DNA of 64,000 nucleotides from positions 1 through 64,000 of the IMG/VR virus record IMGVR_UViG_3300042988_000374; one strand, written 5' to 3'. Below, piece by piece: positions 19,344 through 29,014 of the stretch; position 1 is the first letter of the stretch, and the number at the start of each line of letters is the position of its first letter. Origin of the DNA: a virus (lineage: Duplodnaviria > Heunggongvirae > Uroviricota > Caudoviricetes). Under the pieces are notes generated by a model, which saw only the letters and a list, made by a program, of their open reading frames with translations, made no database searches and was not told the DNA's origin. The translations under genes and the position numbers were made by a program.

Positions 19344-19841
19344 ATGATCGAAAGTATCTTAATTGGATTGGCCTTCCTTGCAACATGGCCAGCATTAGTT
19401 ATCTTGTGTATGCTTGGTATCTGGTGTGAACATGGTGAGTCTCGTGGGTGGGCAGTGTTCTGGGCATTGGTAGCAGGTGTTAGCGCATTCTTCTACTTTG
19501 ATGTACCATTACAAAGCATTGCTATCTCGTCTGTTGGCTATGTGTGCTTCGGTGTTATGTGGAGCTTCTATCGCTACAAACGATTCATTGTTGCCAAGGT
19601 CGAAGAACTATCAAATTCGAACTCACAATGGGACAGTGTCGAACAGTATCACCCAACCAAGATGCTGGACACTATCACCGCATGGATCATTATCTGGCCC
19701 TTTAGCTTGATTGAAAACTTGTGCAGTGATATCATTAACGGTATTGAAACACTGGTAAAGAATGTGTTTAAGGGTGTGTACCACCGAATTTACAACGCAG
19801 CAGTTGCAGACATGATTCGCAAAGATGAAGGTGTACGATGA
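19344..19841 (+). CDS. membrane protein
   Basis: multiple hydrophobic helices. Confidence 0.45.
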   Translation: MIESILIGLAFLATWPALVILCMLGIWCEHGESRGWAVFWALVAGVSAFFYFDVPLQSIAISSVGYVCFGVMWSFYRYKRFIVAKVEELSNSNSQWDSVEQYHPTKMLDTITAWIIIWPFSLIENLCSDIINGIETLVKNVFKGVYHRIYNAAVADMIRKDEGVR

Positions 19842-19938
19842 TTGTTATCGAAGCACTACTGGTAATCGGTGTACTAGCGGTAATTGGCTTAGCCGTAGCT
19901 GCTGGTATTAAGATGGGCAAATATACCAAGGACAAAGA

Positions 19939-20286
19939 ATGAAATATCTCGCACTAATCTTTATGGCATTGACTCTCACTGGATGCGGTGATTCAGATCC
20001 TAATGCACCTAAGCCTATGCTGGCAGTAAAGAAGGTGCATCAGATCGACGGATGCGAAGTAAAGTATGTTGACAATCCATACGGGCCAAACTTCTACATT
20101 GCTCGATGTGGTGAAACCGTTACAAATACATGGCAACGTCAAAGTGGCAAGACCCAAGTAACAGAAGCCACTATCAACGTTAACAGTGAAGCAGAATTGC
20201 GTAAGCGTTTAGCAGAGATTGAAGCTCGTAACAAAGCACTGGCTAAACTCAGTGATGCTGAACAGAAAGCGTTGGGTCTAAAATGA
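19939..20286 (+). CDS. lipoprotein
   Basis: signal + lipobox LTLTGC. Confidence 0.5.
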   Translation: MKYLALIFMALTLTGCGDSDPNAPKPMLAVKKVHQIDGCEVKYVDNPYGPNFYIARCGETVTNTWQRQSGKTQVTEATINVNSEAELRKRLAEIEARNKALAKLSDAEQKALGLK

Positions 20287-20519
20287 AGCAACGTGGAATG
20301 TCACTCATTGAGGTTATGGTACTCTGTGTTATTGCTGGCGTAATCATCCTTATTGCTATTGGGTTTATCAACGATGATAGGACTGTTCGTGCTGCCAATA
20401 GCAATGTAGTGCAGACTTTATGTATCTCTGGCTACAAAGTAGTCATTGGTCGTAATGGTCAACCAGTACAGCTACTCGATCACCATGGATTCGGTGTACA
20501 ATGTGGAGAATTTAAATGA
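20283..20519 (+). CDS. small membrane protein
   Basis: ATGA overlap; TM helix. Confidence 0.4.
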   Translation: MKQRGMSLIEVMVLCVIAGVIILIAIGFINDDRTVRAANSNVVQTLCISGYKVVIGRNGQPVQLLDHHGFGVQCGEFK

Positions 20520-21022
20520 AGTTATTTGGACGCACTGGTGGTTACTACTTGTTTTGGTCTGGCTTCCTTTACATTGTAGCTAGTATTATTTGCATTAACA
20601 TGTTCCCAGGATTACCACAAGTCTTTGTGCAACTGGGATGGGTAACAGCCTTAATGTTACCGTTGACCGTGCCTCAGATCGGTCGATACTTTAATATGCC
20701 AACCTTAGGAGATGTTATGTGGCGAAAACGTGAAATTGGCGACAAAGTTGCTAATGATATTGAAGACGCAAATGTGTTACAGTTCCCAGAAGTTAAAAAG
20801 ATTCCTCCAATGCCGACAGTGGCGCCGCCAACAAATGAATTGGATGTGGCGCAGCCGCCATACACCATTGGTAAGAATGATTCTGGTAATATTCAGTTCC
20901 GTATGCGAACAGACTATGGTTCAACGTGGTTAACTATGAATGATGAGGGTGTTATTAGTTTGATTGAAGACCTCTCCCATCAAATTCGAAGTACACATAC
21001 TGTTACCATCACCGAAAAATGA
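20516..21022 (+). CDS. membrane protein
   Basis: ATGA overlap; TM helices. Confidence 0.45.
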   Translation: MKLFGRTGGYYLFWSGFLYIVASIICINMFPGLPQVFVQLGWVTALMLPLTVPQIGRYFNMPTLGDVMWRKREIGDKVANDIEDANVLQFPEVKKIPPMPTVAPPTNELDVAQPPYTIGKNDSGNIQFRMRTDYGSTWLTMNDEGVISLIEDLSHQIRSTHTVTITEK

Positions 21023-21258
21023 GTACCAAATACTGGTTAGTTCAGGATCAAATGGAATTTGATGTATTTTTGAACTTGCGGAAGTCTGGTATTGAAATCA
21101 TGGTATCGACTAGACCAGATGATATTGCGCCGCTCAGCGTTGCAAAAAAGTTCAAGACATCACCATCTAGATGGATTGAGGCAGTTACCACAACACCAGA
21201 ACAAGAGACATTACTGCTCCTGTGTTGTGACAAATTAACATTTATTGAAGAGGTATAA
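21019..21258 (+). CDS. hypothetical protein
   Basis: ATGA overlap. Confidence 0.4.
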   Translation: MSTKYWLVQDQMEFDVFLNLRKSGIEIMVSTRPDDIAPLSVAKKFKTSPSRWIEAVTTTPEQETLLLLCCDKLTFIEEV

Positions 21259-21260
21259 TT

Positions 21261-21821
21261 ATGGTAACACTAGTAAAACACGAATGGCATCAAGTAGATG
21301 TACAATACGCACTTGAATTGGATGCAGACCTGCTGAGTGAAATTTATCCTGATTCGGATGAAGATGAGATCGCGGTGATGCTCCAGCAGATTGCAGATGG
21401 TGAAGCTGATATCGATACTATCGTCGGTGACGCATATGACAATGATGTTGACTTAGAGTGGGACCATCAGTATGATGATATGTGGACGATGAGGAAAGGC
21501 GGCTTCGACGTGACTTATGAATTGGGTGATGACGGTAGCTGGCATACTGAGCCAGCAGAACCACCAGCAACGCATAAGTGTACCAAGTGTCGCTGGGAAG
21601 GTCGTAGTTACGAAACTCGCACTGCTTATCTAAACGAAGCGGGTGAAATCTTGCCAGATGACTGTGATACATGGCACGATACAAAAGATGTATGCCCTAT
21701 GTGCGACAGCGACCCTGAACTCACAGAACATGGTAAAGTGGAGCAAGAGGAACGTGCTCAACGCATGGCAGAAATTGATGCTATGTTCCCAGATGAAGAT
21801 GAAGATGAAAATGACGAATGA
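21261..21821 (+). CDS. acidic zinc-ribbon protein
   Basis: CTKCRW...CPMCDS; Asp/Glu-rich. Confidence 0.45.
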   Translation: MVTLVKHEWHQVDVQYALELDADLLSEIYPDSDEDEIAVMLQQIADGEADIDTIVGDAYDNDVDLEWDHQYDDMWTMRKGGFDVTYELGDDGSWHTEPAEPPATHKCTKCRWEGRSYETRTAYLNEAGEILPDDCDTWHDTKDVCPMCDSDPELTEHGKVEQEERAQRMAEIDAMFPDEDEDENDE

Positions 21822-22074
21822 AGTAAACAAAGAATGGGATTACATGGGAAACTATGATCCGGTTCTGCGAACTTTGGCTGAATCTGGTATTGGCGTGAGT
21901 GTAAACAACGGTATTACTGAACTTGAATGTCAAGGTAAACGCTACCAAATGAGTAGCTCTCCATCCATCAAACTAAATACGCGCAATGAAGAGCAAGAAA
22001 CCCTACTGCTACTCACTGTTGGTGATAGAGTCGTACTAAAGAGTGTAACACCTAACACTCACGGAGAATATTAA
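21811..22074 (+). CDS. hypothetical protein
   Basis: start overlaps upstream gene end. Confidence 0.4.
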   Translation: MTNEVNKEWDYMGNYDPVLRTLAESGIGVSVNNGITELECQGKRYQMSSSPSIKLNTRNEEQETLLLLTVGDRVVLKSVTPNTHGEY

Positions 22075-22075
22075 T

Positions 22076-22285
22076 ATGAATGATGAATTAAACGAAGTTG
22101 CTGGCATTCCTAACGAACGATACTTCAAAGAGTTCGTTCAAGTCGGAGGTATTACCGGGCAAAGATATCACTTTAAATTTAAAACCAAAGAGCAGTATCT
22201 AGCCTGGCTAGCGGCGGAAGCTAAGATGGTAGATGCATATGAGCGTCTATCTACCATGAGTATCAATAAAAATGAAGATCAGTGA
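22076..22285 (+). CDS. hypothetical protein
   Basis: ORF. Confidence 0.4.
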   Translation: MNDELNEVAGIPNERYFKEFVQVGGITGQRYHFKFKTKEQYLAWLAAEAKMVDAYERLSTMSINKNEDQ

Positions 22286-22529
22286 ATTATTAGAGGGTAT
22301 CGAGTCTAGACGACTGCTAGAGGACTACGTTTATCTACTTCTTCTTAGGATTAGAGAAGCAAAGTCGAAGAACTCGCTCCAGTCACACTATCAAGAGTTT
22401 GTGCAAGATATCAGAATCGCAGATGAGTTGATAACGACATCTTTATTACATGAGGATGATATAACCCAAGCGTATCAGTGGCTCAATAGTGCTAAAAAAC
22501 ATTTAGGTATCCGTGGAGAACATCAATGA
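22272..22529 (+). CDS. hypothetical protein
   Basis: ORF. Confidence 0.4.
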   Translation: MKISELLEGIESRRLLEDYVYLLLLRIREAKSKNSLQSHYQEFVQDIRIADELITTSLLHEDDITQAYQWLNSAKKHLGIRGEHQ

Positions 22530-22723
22530 CAAGTGACTTTGAAAAATATGTAGGAAGAAAATTCCAATTTGATGATGGTGCTGAAATCACTATTGTTCAG
22601 GTAAAGCGCCGTGATGATGGCTTCTGGGTCACGTTCGAAGCACAATTCAATCGTGCGTTGCCACGCCGTTCATCAATGCCAGAACACGAATTCGCTGAGC
22701 ATTACGCTCATCTATTTGTATGA
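22526..22723 (+). CDS. hypothetical protein
   Basis: ATGA overlap. Confidence 0.4.
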   Translation: MTSDFEKYVGRKFQFDDGAEITIVQVKRRDDGFWVTFEAQFNRALPRRSSMPEHEFAEHYAHLFV

Positions 22724-23181
22724 CACGCGAAGTATTCTACCGTAAGGTAGGGCGCAAGTATGTGCCAATCAGTGAGTACGACAGCCACTTTATGGACTCA
22801 ATTCGAACTGGCACTCACTTAGTAAGTTGTATCCCAGGTGGGCGCACTACCAGATACAACATCGATCCGGACTATGCTGCCATGATTGCCGCCGGACAGT
22901 ATGCTGAAGATGCCATCTCTAAAGCAATCATGCGGGCACAGGAAATGCGCCCACATCAGAATGAGGCTCTTACCAACGAACAACATGACGCATGGGAAAA
23001 GTTTGTCGAGGTTATGGGAGAACGTGGTAGATATATTGAGGTCCCATCGGCCCGAGAAGCAGCAGAAGCTGGTATATTAGCAATGATGAAGGCTGCTACA
23101 GAGTTGTTTGAATCAAATCCCTCGGTAAAGCAAGCCTACGAGGATCTATTAACACTAGCTAGCCTGTCCAAAAAGCCTTGA
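22720..23181 (+). CDS. hypothetical protein
   Basis: ATGA overlap. Confidence 0.45.
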   Translation: MTREVFYRKVGRKYVPISEYDSHFMDSIRTGTHLVSCIPGGRTTRYNIDPDYAAMIAAGQYAEDAISKAIMRAQEMRPHQNEALTNEQHDAWEKFVEVMGERGRYIEVPSAREAAEAGILAMMKAATELFESNPSVKQAYEDLLTLASLSKKP

Positions 23182-23206
23182 CACCACGACTAAAGTACAG
23201 TACAAT
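23178..23206 (+). promoter_or_regulatory. sigma70 consensus promoter (TTGACA-N17-TACAAT)
   Basis: TTGACA 23178-23183, TACAAT 23201-23206. Confidence 0.6.
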
Positions 23207-23234
23207 AGGCAGTTAAATCAAATAAATACAAACT

Positions 23235-25016
23235 ATGTTTAAAATATTCAAACGATACTCGACCTATACGCTGGTAGTGGCACTATTCATTAGTGCTATC
23301 AGTGCTTATTACTCTATTGTCGGTTTAACCGCCATATTCGCGGCAGCAGTGGTACCAATTATCATCATGGGTGCCGCCTTAGAGTTAGGCAAGTTAGTTG
23401 CCGCAGTATGGCTCAAGCTAAATTGGGGTCGCGCACCTTTAACTTATAAGATGTACTTAGTACCAGCAGTTGCCTTCCTGATGGCACTTACATCAATGGG
23501 AATTTTTGGCTTCCTCAGCAAAGCACACTCTGACCAATCACTAGTAAGCGGTGATTCTATGGCTAAGATTGCTATCTATGATGAGAAGATTAAAATCTCC
23601 AAAGACAACATCGACATGAACCGCAAAGCGTTGAAGCAGATGGACGAGGGCGTCGATCAGTTGATGGGTCGTAGTACTGATGAGAACGGTGCTGCTAAAG
23701 CTGTTGCCATTCGCAAGTCCCAGCAAAAAGAACGCAGCCGTATGCTCTCCGAAATTGAAGCAGAGCAGAAAAAGATTACTGCACTCAATGAAGAACGCGC
23801 ACCACTAGCCGCAGAGAATCGCAAGATTGAAGCAGAGGTTGGCCCAATTCGGTATATCGCTGCTCTTATCTATGATGACACCACTGATAGTAACGTCCTA
23901 GAGAAGGCAGTGCGCTTCGTAATCATTATGATTGTTGCCGTGTTCGACCCACTCGCACTCGTACTCATTCTAGCTGCCCAACAAAGTATGCGCTGGGAGC
24001 GTGAAGAGGAAGAGGCGCATGAAGCTGAACTTGAACAAGACGTTGAAGAATTCTTTGATCGAGCAAAGCAACATGCCAGACAACTAGATGAGGAGTTAGC
24101 TGTAATCGCCGAGGCAAATGCTAAGTTGGCAGAGATTGAGCATGAACCAGCTGATGTAATTATTCCTGAACCAGAACGCGACCTAGCTGCTGAAGCGAAT
24201 GCGCTCTTAGCTGAGATTGAGCCAGAGGTACCAGAAGTCATCTTGCCAGTATCAGAAGTCGAAGATACTCGCTCCTTGGCAGAACAGCATCCGTATCTAG
24301 AGCGTCCGTTTGTTCACTTTGAGAACACTCAGCCAATGGTAGCTACCAAGCCAGAGAATGAACCACTGATTAAGCCATTAGAGGGCGAAGCTGCATTTAA
24401 ATTGATGCAGGACATCGGCATCTTTACACCAGATGGTAAACTTGCGTATGAGTACGGTGGTGAGGAACCAGAAGTAACTGAAGCACGTGGTGAAGTCATT
24501 GATGAACCAAAGATTCTAACACTCGGTGTTGATAGTGTTGAACGACCTGGTGACTATGTTACTCCGCCAACAGTTGATAGCACCGTTACTATTGATTCTG
24601 AACCAGACATTCAAACTGCTAATGTGACAGTTGAACGTGTAATGTACTCACCAAATACGCAAGGGTATGTTAATATCGAGGGCAAGCAAACTAGCATCGA
24701 GAGTTTAAAGACTTCGCATCCGCATTTAATTATGCCAGCAGATGGTAAAGTGGAAAACAAGTTTAACTTTGGTGATAAATTCCCACCAGAGGCTCTAATT
24801 GGTGACTTGTATATGCGCACTGATGCTCGACCACACCGTTTGTTTAAATTCAATGGCGCAGAATGGATTCATGTCAATAAAGAAATGAATACTTCCTATC
24901 TACAATCATCTGGGTACGTTAAGTTCTTAATCTCCGCGCTAGATAGCAACACCTATTTGCCAGAAATGCTAACTGATGATGAGAGTGATGAGATTCGAGC
25001 ACAGCTAGACGAATAA
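23235..25016 (+). CDS. large membrane-anchored coiled-coil protein
   Basis: N-terminal TM helices; long Glu/Ala-rich coiled coil. Confidence 0.5.
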   Translation: MFKIFKRYSTYTLVVALFISAISAYYSIVGLTAIFAAAVVPIIIMGAALELGKLVAAVWLKLNWGRAPLTYKMYLVPAVAFLMALTSMGIFGFLSKAHSDQSLVSGDSMAKIAIYDEKIKISKDNIDMNRKALKQMDEGVDQLMGRSTDENGAAKAVAIRKSQQKERSRMLSEIEAEQKKITALNEERAPLAAENRKIEAEVGPIRYIAALIYDDTTDSNVLEKAVRFVIIMIVAVFDPLALVLILAAQQSMRWEREEEEAHEAELEQDVEEFFDRAKQHARQLDEELAVIAEANAKLAEIEHEPADVIIPEPERDLAAEANALLAEIEPEVPEVILPVSEVEDTRSLAEQHPYLERPFVHFENTQPMVATKPENEPLIKPLEGEAAFKLMQDIGIFTPDGKLAYEYGGEEPEVTEARGEVIDEPKILTLGVDSVERPGDYVTPPTVDSTVTIDSEPDIQTANVTVERVMYSPNTQGYVNIEGKQTSIESLKTSHPHLIMPADGKVENKFNFGDKFPPEALIGDLYMRTDARPHRLFKFNGAEWIHVNKEMNTSYLQSSGYVKFLISALDSNTYLPEMLTDDESDEIRAQLDE

Positions 25017-25017
25017 C

Positions 25018-25046
25018 TTGACATCGACTTAATATCCTGATACAAT
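25018..25046 (+). promoter_or_regulatory. sigma70 consensus promoter (TTGACA-N17-TGaTACAAT), first of a tandem pair
   Basis: TTGACA 25018-25023, TACAAT 25041-25046. Confidence 0.6.
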
Positions 25047-25097
25047 ACCGATATCGATTGCTGGTAATCTCGTAATCGAAAGTTGTTGTATCAGGAT
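25034..25097 (+). repeat. 12-bp inverted repeat atcctgatacaa / ttgtatcaggat bracketing the tandem promoters
   Basis: 25034-25045 and 25086-25097 are perfect reverse complements. Confidence 0.5.
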
Positions 25098-25126
25098 TTG
25101 ACTTTTGGAAATATACCTGATACAAT
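25098..25126 (+). promoter_or_regulatory. sigma70 promoter (TTGACT-N17-TGaTACAAT), second of the tandem pair
   Basis: TTGACT 25098-25103, TACAAT 25121-25126. Confidence 0.6.
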
Positions 25127-25157
25127 ACCTACATTGTTTAACAAAAGGATCGTTATC

Positions 25158-25835
25158 ATGAAATTTACAAAACTCGCAATCGTTGCCTTGGCACTCACCC
25201 TGCCTGCCTGCTCCTCAATGAAATCCAATCATGGTGTTGATGCACCAGCAGTCACGGCTATTGGTAATCAAAAGCTGACTTCAAACTTCAAGCGCCGTGG
25301 CATCAAGCTCGAATTTGATTGCGGCGCTGTCTCTTCATTCACATCTGGTTGCAACCGTGCAGAGCCTACTGCGATTGAAGTTACCGCGTATGCGCCTTCG
25401 TATGGCAATTCGGAGTCAAACCGTGAGACTGCCTTCCATGTTGCCGAAATGAATGCCAAGGCAAAACTTCGCCGCTTTATCCAAGAAGACATTCATACAT
25501 CTTCAGTTACCAACACTATCTCTAAGAACATTGAGAAGGCCAATGACAAGATCAAACAGCGTATCAATGACGGGCAAGAAGTCTCCATGAACGAAGAAGA
25601 AGCCAAGGAGTTCAACAAAGACTCCAACATGGCAGAGCGTGAGAACGCCAATCATGTCACTCGTACTGTCACCGAAACGGTTCGCATGAATGCTTCTGGC
25701 ATCTTGAAGGGCGTTCAAGTTATCGATGAAGCTGTGGTTGATCGTCAGACAGTGCAAGTTACCATTCGCTGGGACAAAAACAGCGAGGCAGCTTCTGCTT
25801 ACTTCGCCGGCAAATTCCGTCAACAGTCACGCTAA
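25158..25835 (+). CDS. lipoprotein
   Basis: RBS AAGGA; signal + lipobox LTLPACSS. Confidence 0.55.
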   Translation: MKFTKLAIVALALTLPACSSMKSNHGVDAPAVTAIGNQKLTSNFKRRGIKLEFDCGAVSSFTSGCNRAEPTAIEVTAYAPSYGNSESNRETAFHVAEMNAKAKLRRFIQEDIHTSSVTNTISKNIEKANDKIKQRINDGQEVSMNEEEAKEFNKDSNMAERENANHVTRTVTETVRMNASGILKGVQVIDEAVVDRQTVQVTIRWDKNSEAASAYFAGKFRQQSR

Positions 25836-25859
25836 TTGTAGTTAAACAGAGGAGGTAAT

Positions 25860-26951
25860 ATGAAACAGTTAATCATCGCATTGTGTTTGTTTGCCTCTTC
25901 TGTAGTGAGCGCACAAACAACTGATCCCGTATCGGCAGTTAGTATTGCATTAACAGTTGGTGGATGGATCACCAAGGACAGCAAAAAAGTCTACTACGTG
26001 CGTGTTGAATCTACTGGTGATGACATTGAAAGTGCTCGTCATGGTGGATTCCGTAAAGCAGTTGAGTTGGCAGTAGGCACCCTTGTACTTGGTGAGTCGG
26101 AATCTGACGGCAAGCGCATGTTGCGGAATGACGTAGTTACCTATAGCAGCGGTTACGTTGAAGACTTCAAAGTAATCAGTAATGGTCCAGTTGGCAACAA
26201 GACACGTGTTGTGATGGACGTGTGGGTCAGTGATAGCAAGATTGCCAATCGTTTGAGCAGCATGGGACAGAGTACTGGTGCCGCCGTCAATGGTGCTGCC
26301 ATCAAGCGCGACTATGAGATTGATGCCGCACGTGCCGCTACTGAAGAAACTCGTCGCCGCAATGGCATGACTGTCACTGATATGGTACTTGCCGACTATC
26401 CGCGCCGTGCCACAAAAACAGCTGTGACTAAGACTTGGGTGGGTCGCAACAAAGAAGGCGCAGTCATCTTCAATATTGAAACTGTTACTGAGTTCACGCA
26501 GGAATATCTTGAAGCAGCAGCTGAAGTCCTCACACAAACTCGTCAGGGCTCTTCGAGTAGCCAACGCTATCCAACTGGTGTAAAAGTCTATACAGGCGTC
26601 TTTGGAAACACAAAAGGTTATTACGTAAACTCATCAGTTAAAGACAAGTGGGAAATCGCACTGTCCAAAGAAGTAAAGATGCGTATTGTTTATACCGATA
26701 CGACACCACATGTACTGTGCTACAGCGCTACGAAGCATGTGAATGGCATTCTGACTGGCTATGAACCACGTCTTGATGGTTACACTGGTCACAACATGGA
26801 TACTTTTGTTGTTGATAACAAGCGAGTAAACACGGTGTATGGCATTCACAGCAATCCTGCTAAGACGCCAACAGAAGCACAATTTGTAGATTGGCTGTCA
26901 AAAATCACTAAAGTGGAAGCACAACTGGTTGACGCGGACAAGTGTAAATAG
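25860..26951 (+). CDS. secreted protein
   Basis: RBS GGAGG; signal peptide MKQLIIALCLFASSVVSAQ; one of the few TAG stops. Confidence 0.55.
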   Translation: MKQLIIALCLFASSVVSAQTTDPVSAVSIALTVGGWITKDSKKVYYVRVESTGDDIESARHGGFRKAVELAVGTLVLGESESDGKRMLRNDVVTYSSGYVEDFKVISNGPVGNKTRVVMDVWVSDSKIANRLSSMGQSTGAAVNGAAIKRDYEIDAARAATEETRRRNGMTVTDMVLADYPRRATKTAVTKTWVGRNKEGAVIFNIETVTEFTQEYLEAAAEVLTQTRQGSSSSQRYPTGVKVYTGVFGNTKGYYVNSSVKDKWEIALSKEVKMRIVYTDTTPHVLCYSATKHVNGILTGYEPRLDGYTGHNMDTFVVDNKRVNTVYGIHSNPAKTPTEAQFVDWLSKITKVEAQLVDADKCK

Positions 26952-26957
26952 TACAAT
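26929..26957 (+). promoter_or_regulatory. sigma70-like promoter (TTGACG-N17-TACAAT) inside the upstream gene's 3' end
   Basis: TTGACG 26929-26934, TACAAT 26952-26957; implies a very short clpX leader. Confidence 0.5.
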
Positions 26958-26963
26958 AAGCAG

Positions 26964-28175
26964 ATGAAGACAAACAACATGACACCAAAACATTGCGACT
27001 TTTGCGGTAAAGCAAAATCAGAAGTTAAAAAATTAATCGTCAGTGAGAACACTGCCATCTGTGATGGGTGTATTGAGTTGTGCACCGAGTTACTTAAAGA
27101 TGAGCCAGTTGCAGATGAAGTCGCCAGCAAGTCACTTTATCCAGACGACATCAAAGCGTTTTTGGATCAGTATGTTATTGGTCAGGATCAGGCAAAGAAA
27201 ACGTTTGCCGTTGCTGTTGCCAATCACTATAAGCGCATCAACAATAAGTCAGACAACTTGACTGTACAAAAAGCAAACGTGCTGGTACTTGGTCCCACTG
27301 GTAGTGGCAAAACACTGTTGGCAAAAACAGTTGCTAAGTATTTGGATGTGCCGTTCGTAGTTGCTGATGCTACTTCACTAACAGAGGCCGGTTATGTGGG
27401 CGACGATGTTGAATCTATGATTGTTCGCCTATTAGCAGCCGCCGATGGTGATATTGAGAGGGCACAGCGCGGTATTATCTGCATTGATGAAATTGATAAG
27501 ATTGCCCGTAAATCAGAGTCAACTTCGATTACCCGTGATGTATCTGGTGAAGGTGTACAACAGGCCTTGCTCAAACTTGTAGAGGGTACACACTGTCGTA
27601 TCCCTCAGAGTGGTCGCCGTAAGAACCCTGGTTCGGATATGCTTGAAGTAGATACCACAGATATCCTGTTTATTGCTGGCGGTGCTTTTGTGGGTATCGA
27701 AGACATTATTGCTCGTCGTGAAGATGGACACGGTATCGGCTTCAATTCAAAATTGAAGGACAAGGAAAAGCAAAAAGAGGAGTACATGGCCAAGTTGACG
27801 CCGGATGATCTGACGGCATTCGGTATGATTCCTGAGTTTACTGGCCGATTTACTACCCGTGTTCACATTACTGAATTGAGTAAAGAACAACTTGTTCAAA
27901 TCCTGACTGATGTTAAAAATTCATATATTCAGCAGTATGTTTACTTGCTAGGCTTAGACAACATCGAACTTGAATTTACGGCGGATGCTATTGATAGGAT
28001 TGCCGAGAACTGCTTGACTATGAAGACAGGTGCCCGCGGACTACATAGTGAGATAGAACGGGTGTTGCTCGATCATATGTACAGTGTACAGGCCTATCGT
28101 AATGCTGGTATTGACAGAATCGTTATTACAAAAGAACTGGTAGATCACCCGGAACTACTGGTAAAATCAGCATGA
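26964..28175 (+). CDS. clpX: ATP-dependent Clp protease ATP-binding subunit ClpX
   Basis: N-terminal C4 zinc finger CDFCGK...CDGC; Walker [14 protein letters not shown]; overall ClpX layout. Confidence 0.9.
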   Translation: MKTNNMTPKHCDFCGKAKSEVKKLIVSENTAICDGCIELCTELLKDEPVADEVASKSLYPDDIKAFLDQYVIGQDQAKKTFAVAVANHYKRINNKSDNLTVQKANVLVLGPTGSGKTLLAKTVAKYLDVPFVVADATSLTEAGYVGDDVESMIVRLLAAADGDIERAQRGIICIDEIDKIARKSESTSITRDVSGEGVQQALLKLVEGTHCRIPQSGRRKNPGSDMLEVDTTDILFIAGGAFVGIEDIIARREDGHGIGFNSKLKDKEKQKEEYMAKLTPDDLTAFGMIPEFTGRFTTRVHITELSKEQLVQILTDVKNSYIQQYVYLLGLDNIELEFTADAIDRIAENCLTMKTGARGLHSEIERVLLDHMYSVQAYRNAGIDRIVITKELVDHPELLVKSA

Positions 28176-28915
28176 GTGATTCCAAAAACATAGATCATAT
28201 GAGAGATATTTGTTCTCTTACCAGACAAGTTCTGGATTATATTACACCGTTTGTAGTTGCTGGTGTGACTACAAATAGATTGAATGATCTATGCGAAGAA
28301 TATACAAAATCATTAGGAGCAGAGTCAGCGCCACTCAATTATCATGGATTCCCAAAATCCATATGTACCAGTATCAATCATGTGATATGTCATGGTATTC
28401 CAGATGATCGACAGCTCAAAGATGGTCACATTGTGAACATAGATGTTACCTTAAAAAAACAATACGACGGTATATATCATTTTGGTGATAGTAGTAGAAT
28501 GTTCTTGATTGGTACAGTCAAACAGCGTCACAAGTACTTATGTGAAATCACCCAACGATGCTTAGACGAAGCCATTAAAATTGTCAAGCCTGGTCAAAAA
28601 TTTAGTGAGATTGGGCGCATCATCGAAACTATCGCAAGACAATCAGGATTCAGTGTGGTGAGAGAGTATTGTGGTCATGGTATCGGTACGGAATTCCATA
28701 TGGAGCCACAAATCCTCCACTATGTAAATGATTTACCGGATATCATGGAAGAAGGTATGACATTTACCATTGAGCCGATGCTGAATGAAGGTGGCGCGAC
28801 AACAGTTCTGTTGGAAGATGGTTGGACAGTGATTACAAAAGATAAAAAGAAGTCGGCGCAGTACGAACACACGGTGCTGGTTACTGGTGATGGTTACGAA
28901 GTGCTGACAGCGTAA
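28172..28915 (+). CDS. map: methionine aminopeptidase type I
   Basis: HGIPDDRQLKDGHIVNIDVT and EYCGHGIGTEFHMEPQILHY metal-ligand motifs. Confidence 0.8.
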   Translation: MSDSKNIDHMRDICSLTRQVLDYITPFVVAGVTTNRLNDLCEEYTKSLGAESAPLNYHGFPKSICTSINHVICHGIPDDRQLKDGHIVNIDVTLKKQYDGIYHFGDSSRMFLIGTVKQRHKYLCEITQRCLDEAIKIVKPGQKFSEIGRIIETIARQSGFSVVREYCGHGIGTEFHMEPQILHYVNDLPDIMEEGMTFTIEPMLNEGGATTVLLEDGWTVITKDKKKSAQYEHTVLVTGDGYEVLTA

Positions 28916-29014
28916 GTAAAATAGTAGTATATTTAGAATTTATCGAAAGATAAATAAATTTGTAGATGCTTCGGGTCTACAATAAAATCTTGCTTAAATT
29001 TAAGGAGAAACAAC

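Noticed and set aside
23870-26564. Antisense ORFs (23870-24241, 25268-25492, 25503-25823, 25950-26564) inside long plus-strand genes
   Set aside because: They are nested opposite well-supported genes, Ser/Ala-rich low-complexity translations of coiled-coil coding DNA, with no RBS. Judged spurious.
26949-26966. TAG stop of the secreted-protein gene is in frame with clpX 12 nt downstream (possible readthrough fusion if TAG is recoded)
   Set aside because: A consensus promoter lies between them and the two proteins are unrelated in function. The frame match is most likely coincidental, but it is noted because of the tRNA(CUA).
28936-28956. AT-rich near-palindrome (atttatc-gaaa-gataaat) upstream of dnaK as a possible CIRCE/HrcA or sigma32 element
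   Set aside because: It does not match CIRCE (TTAGCACTC-N9-GAGTGCTAA) or the sigma32 consensus (CTTGAAA / CCCCATnT). It is only a 7-bp A/T stem.
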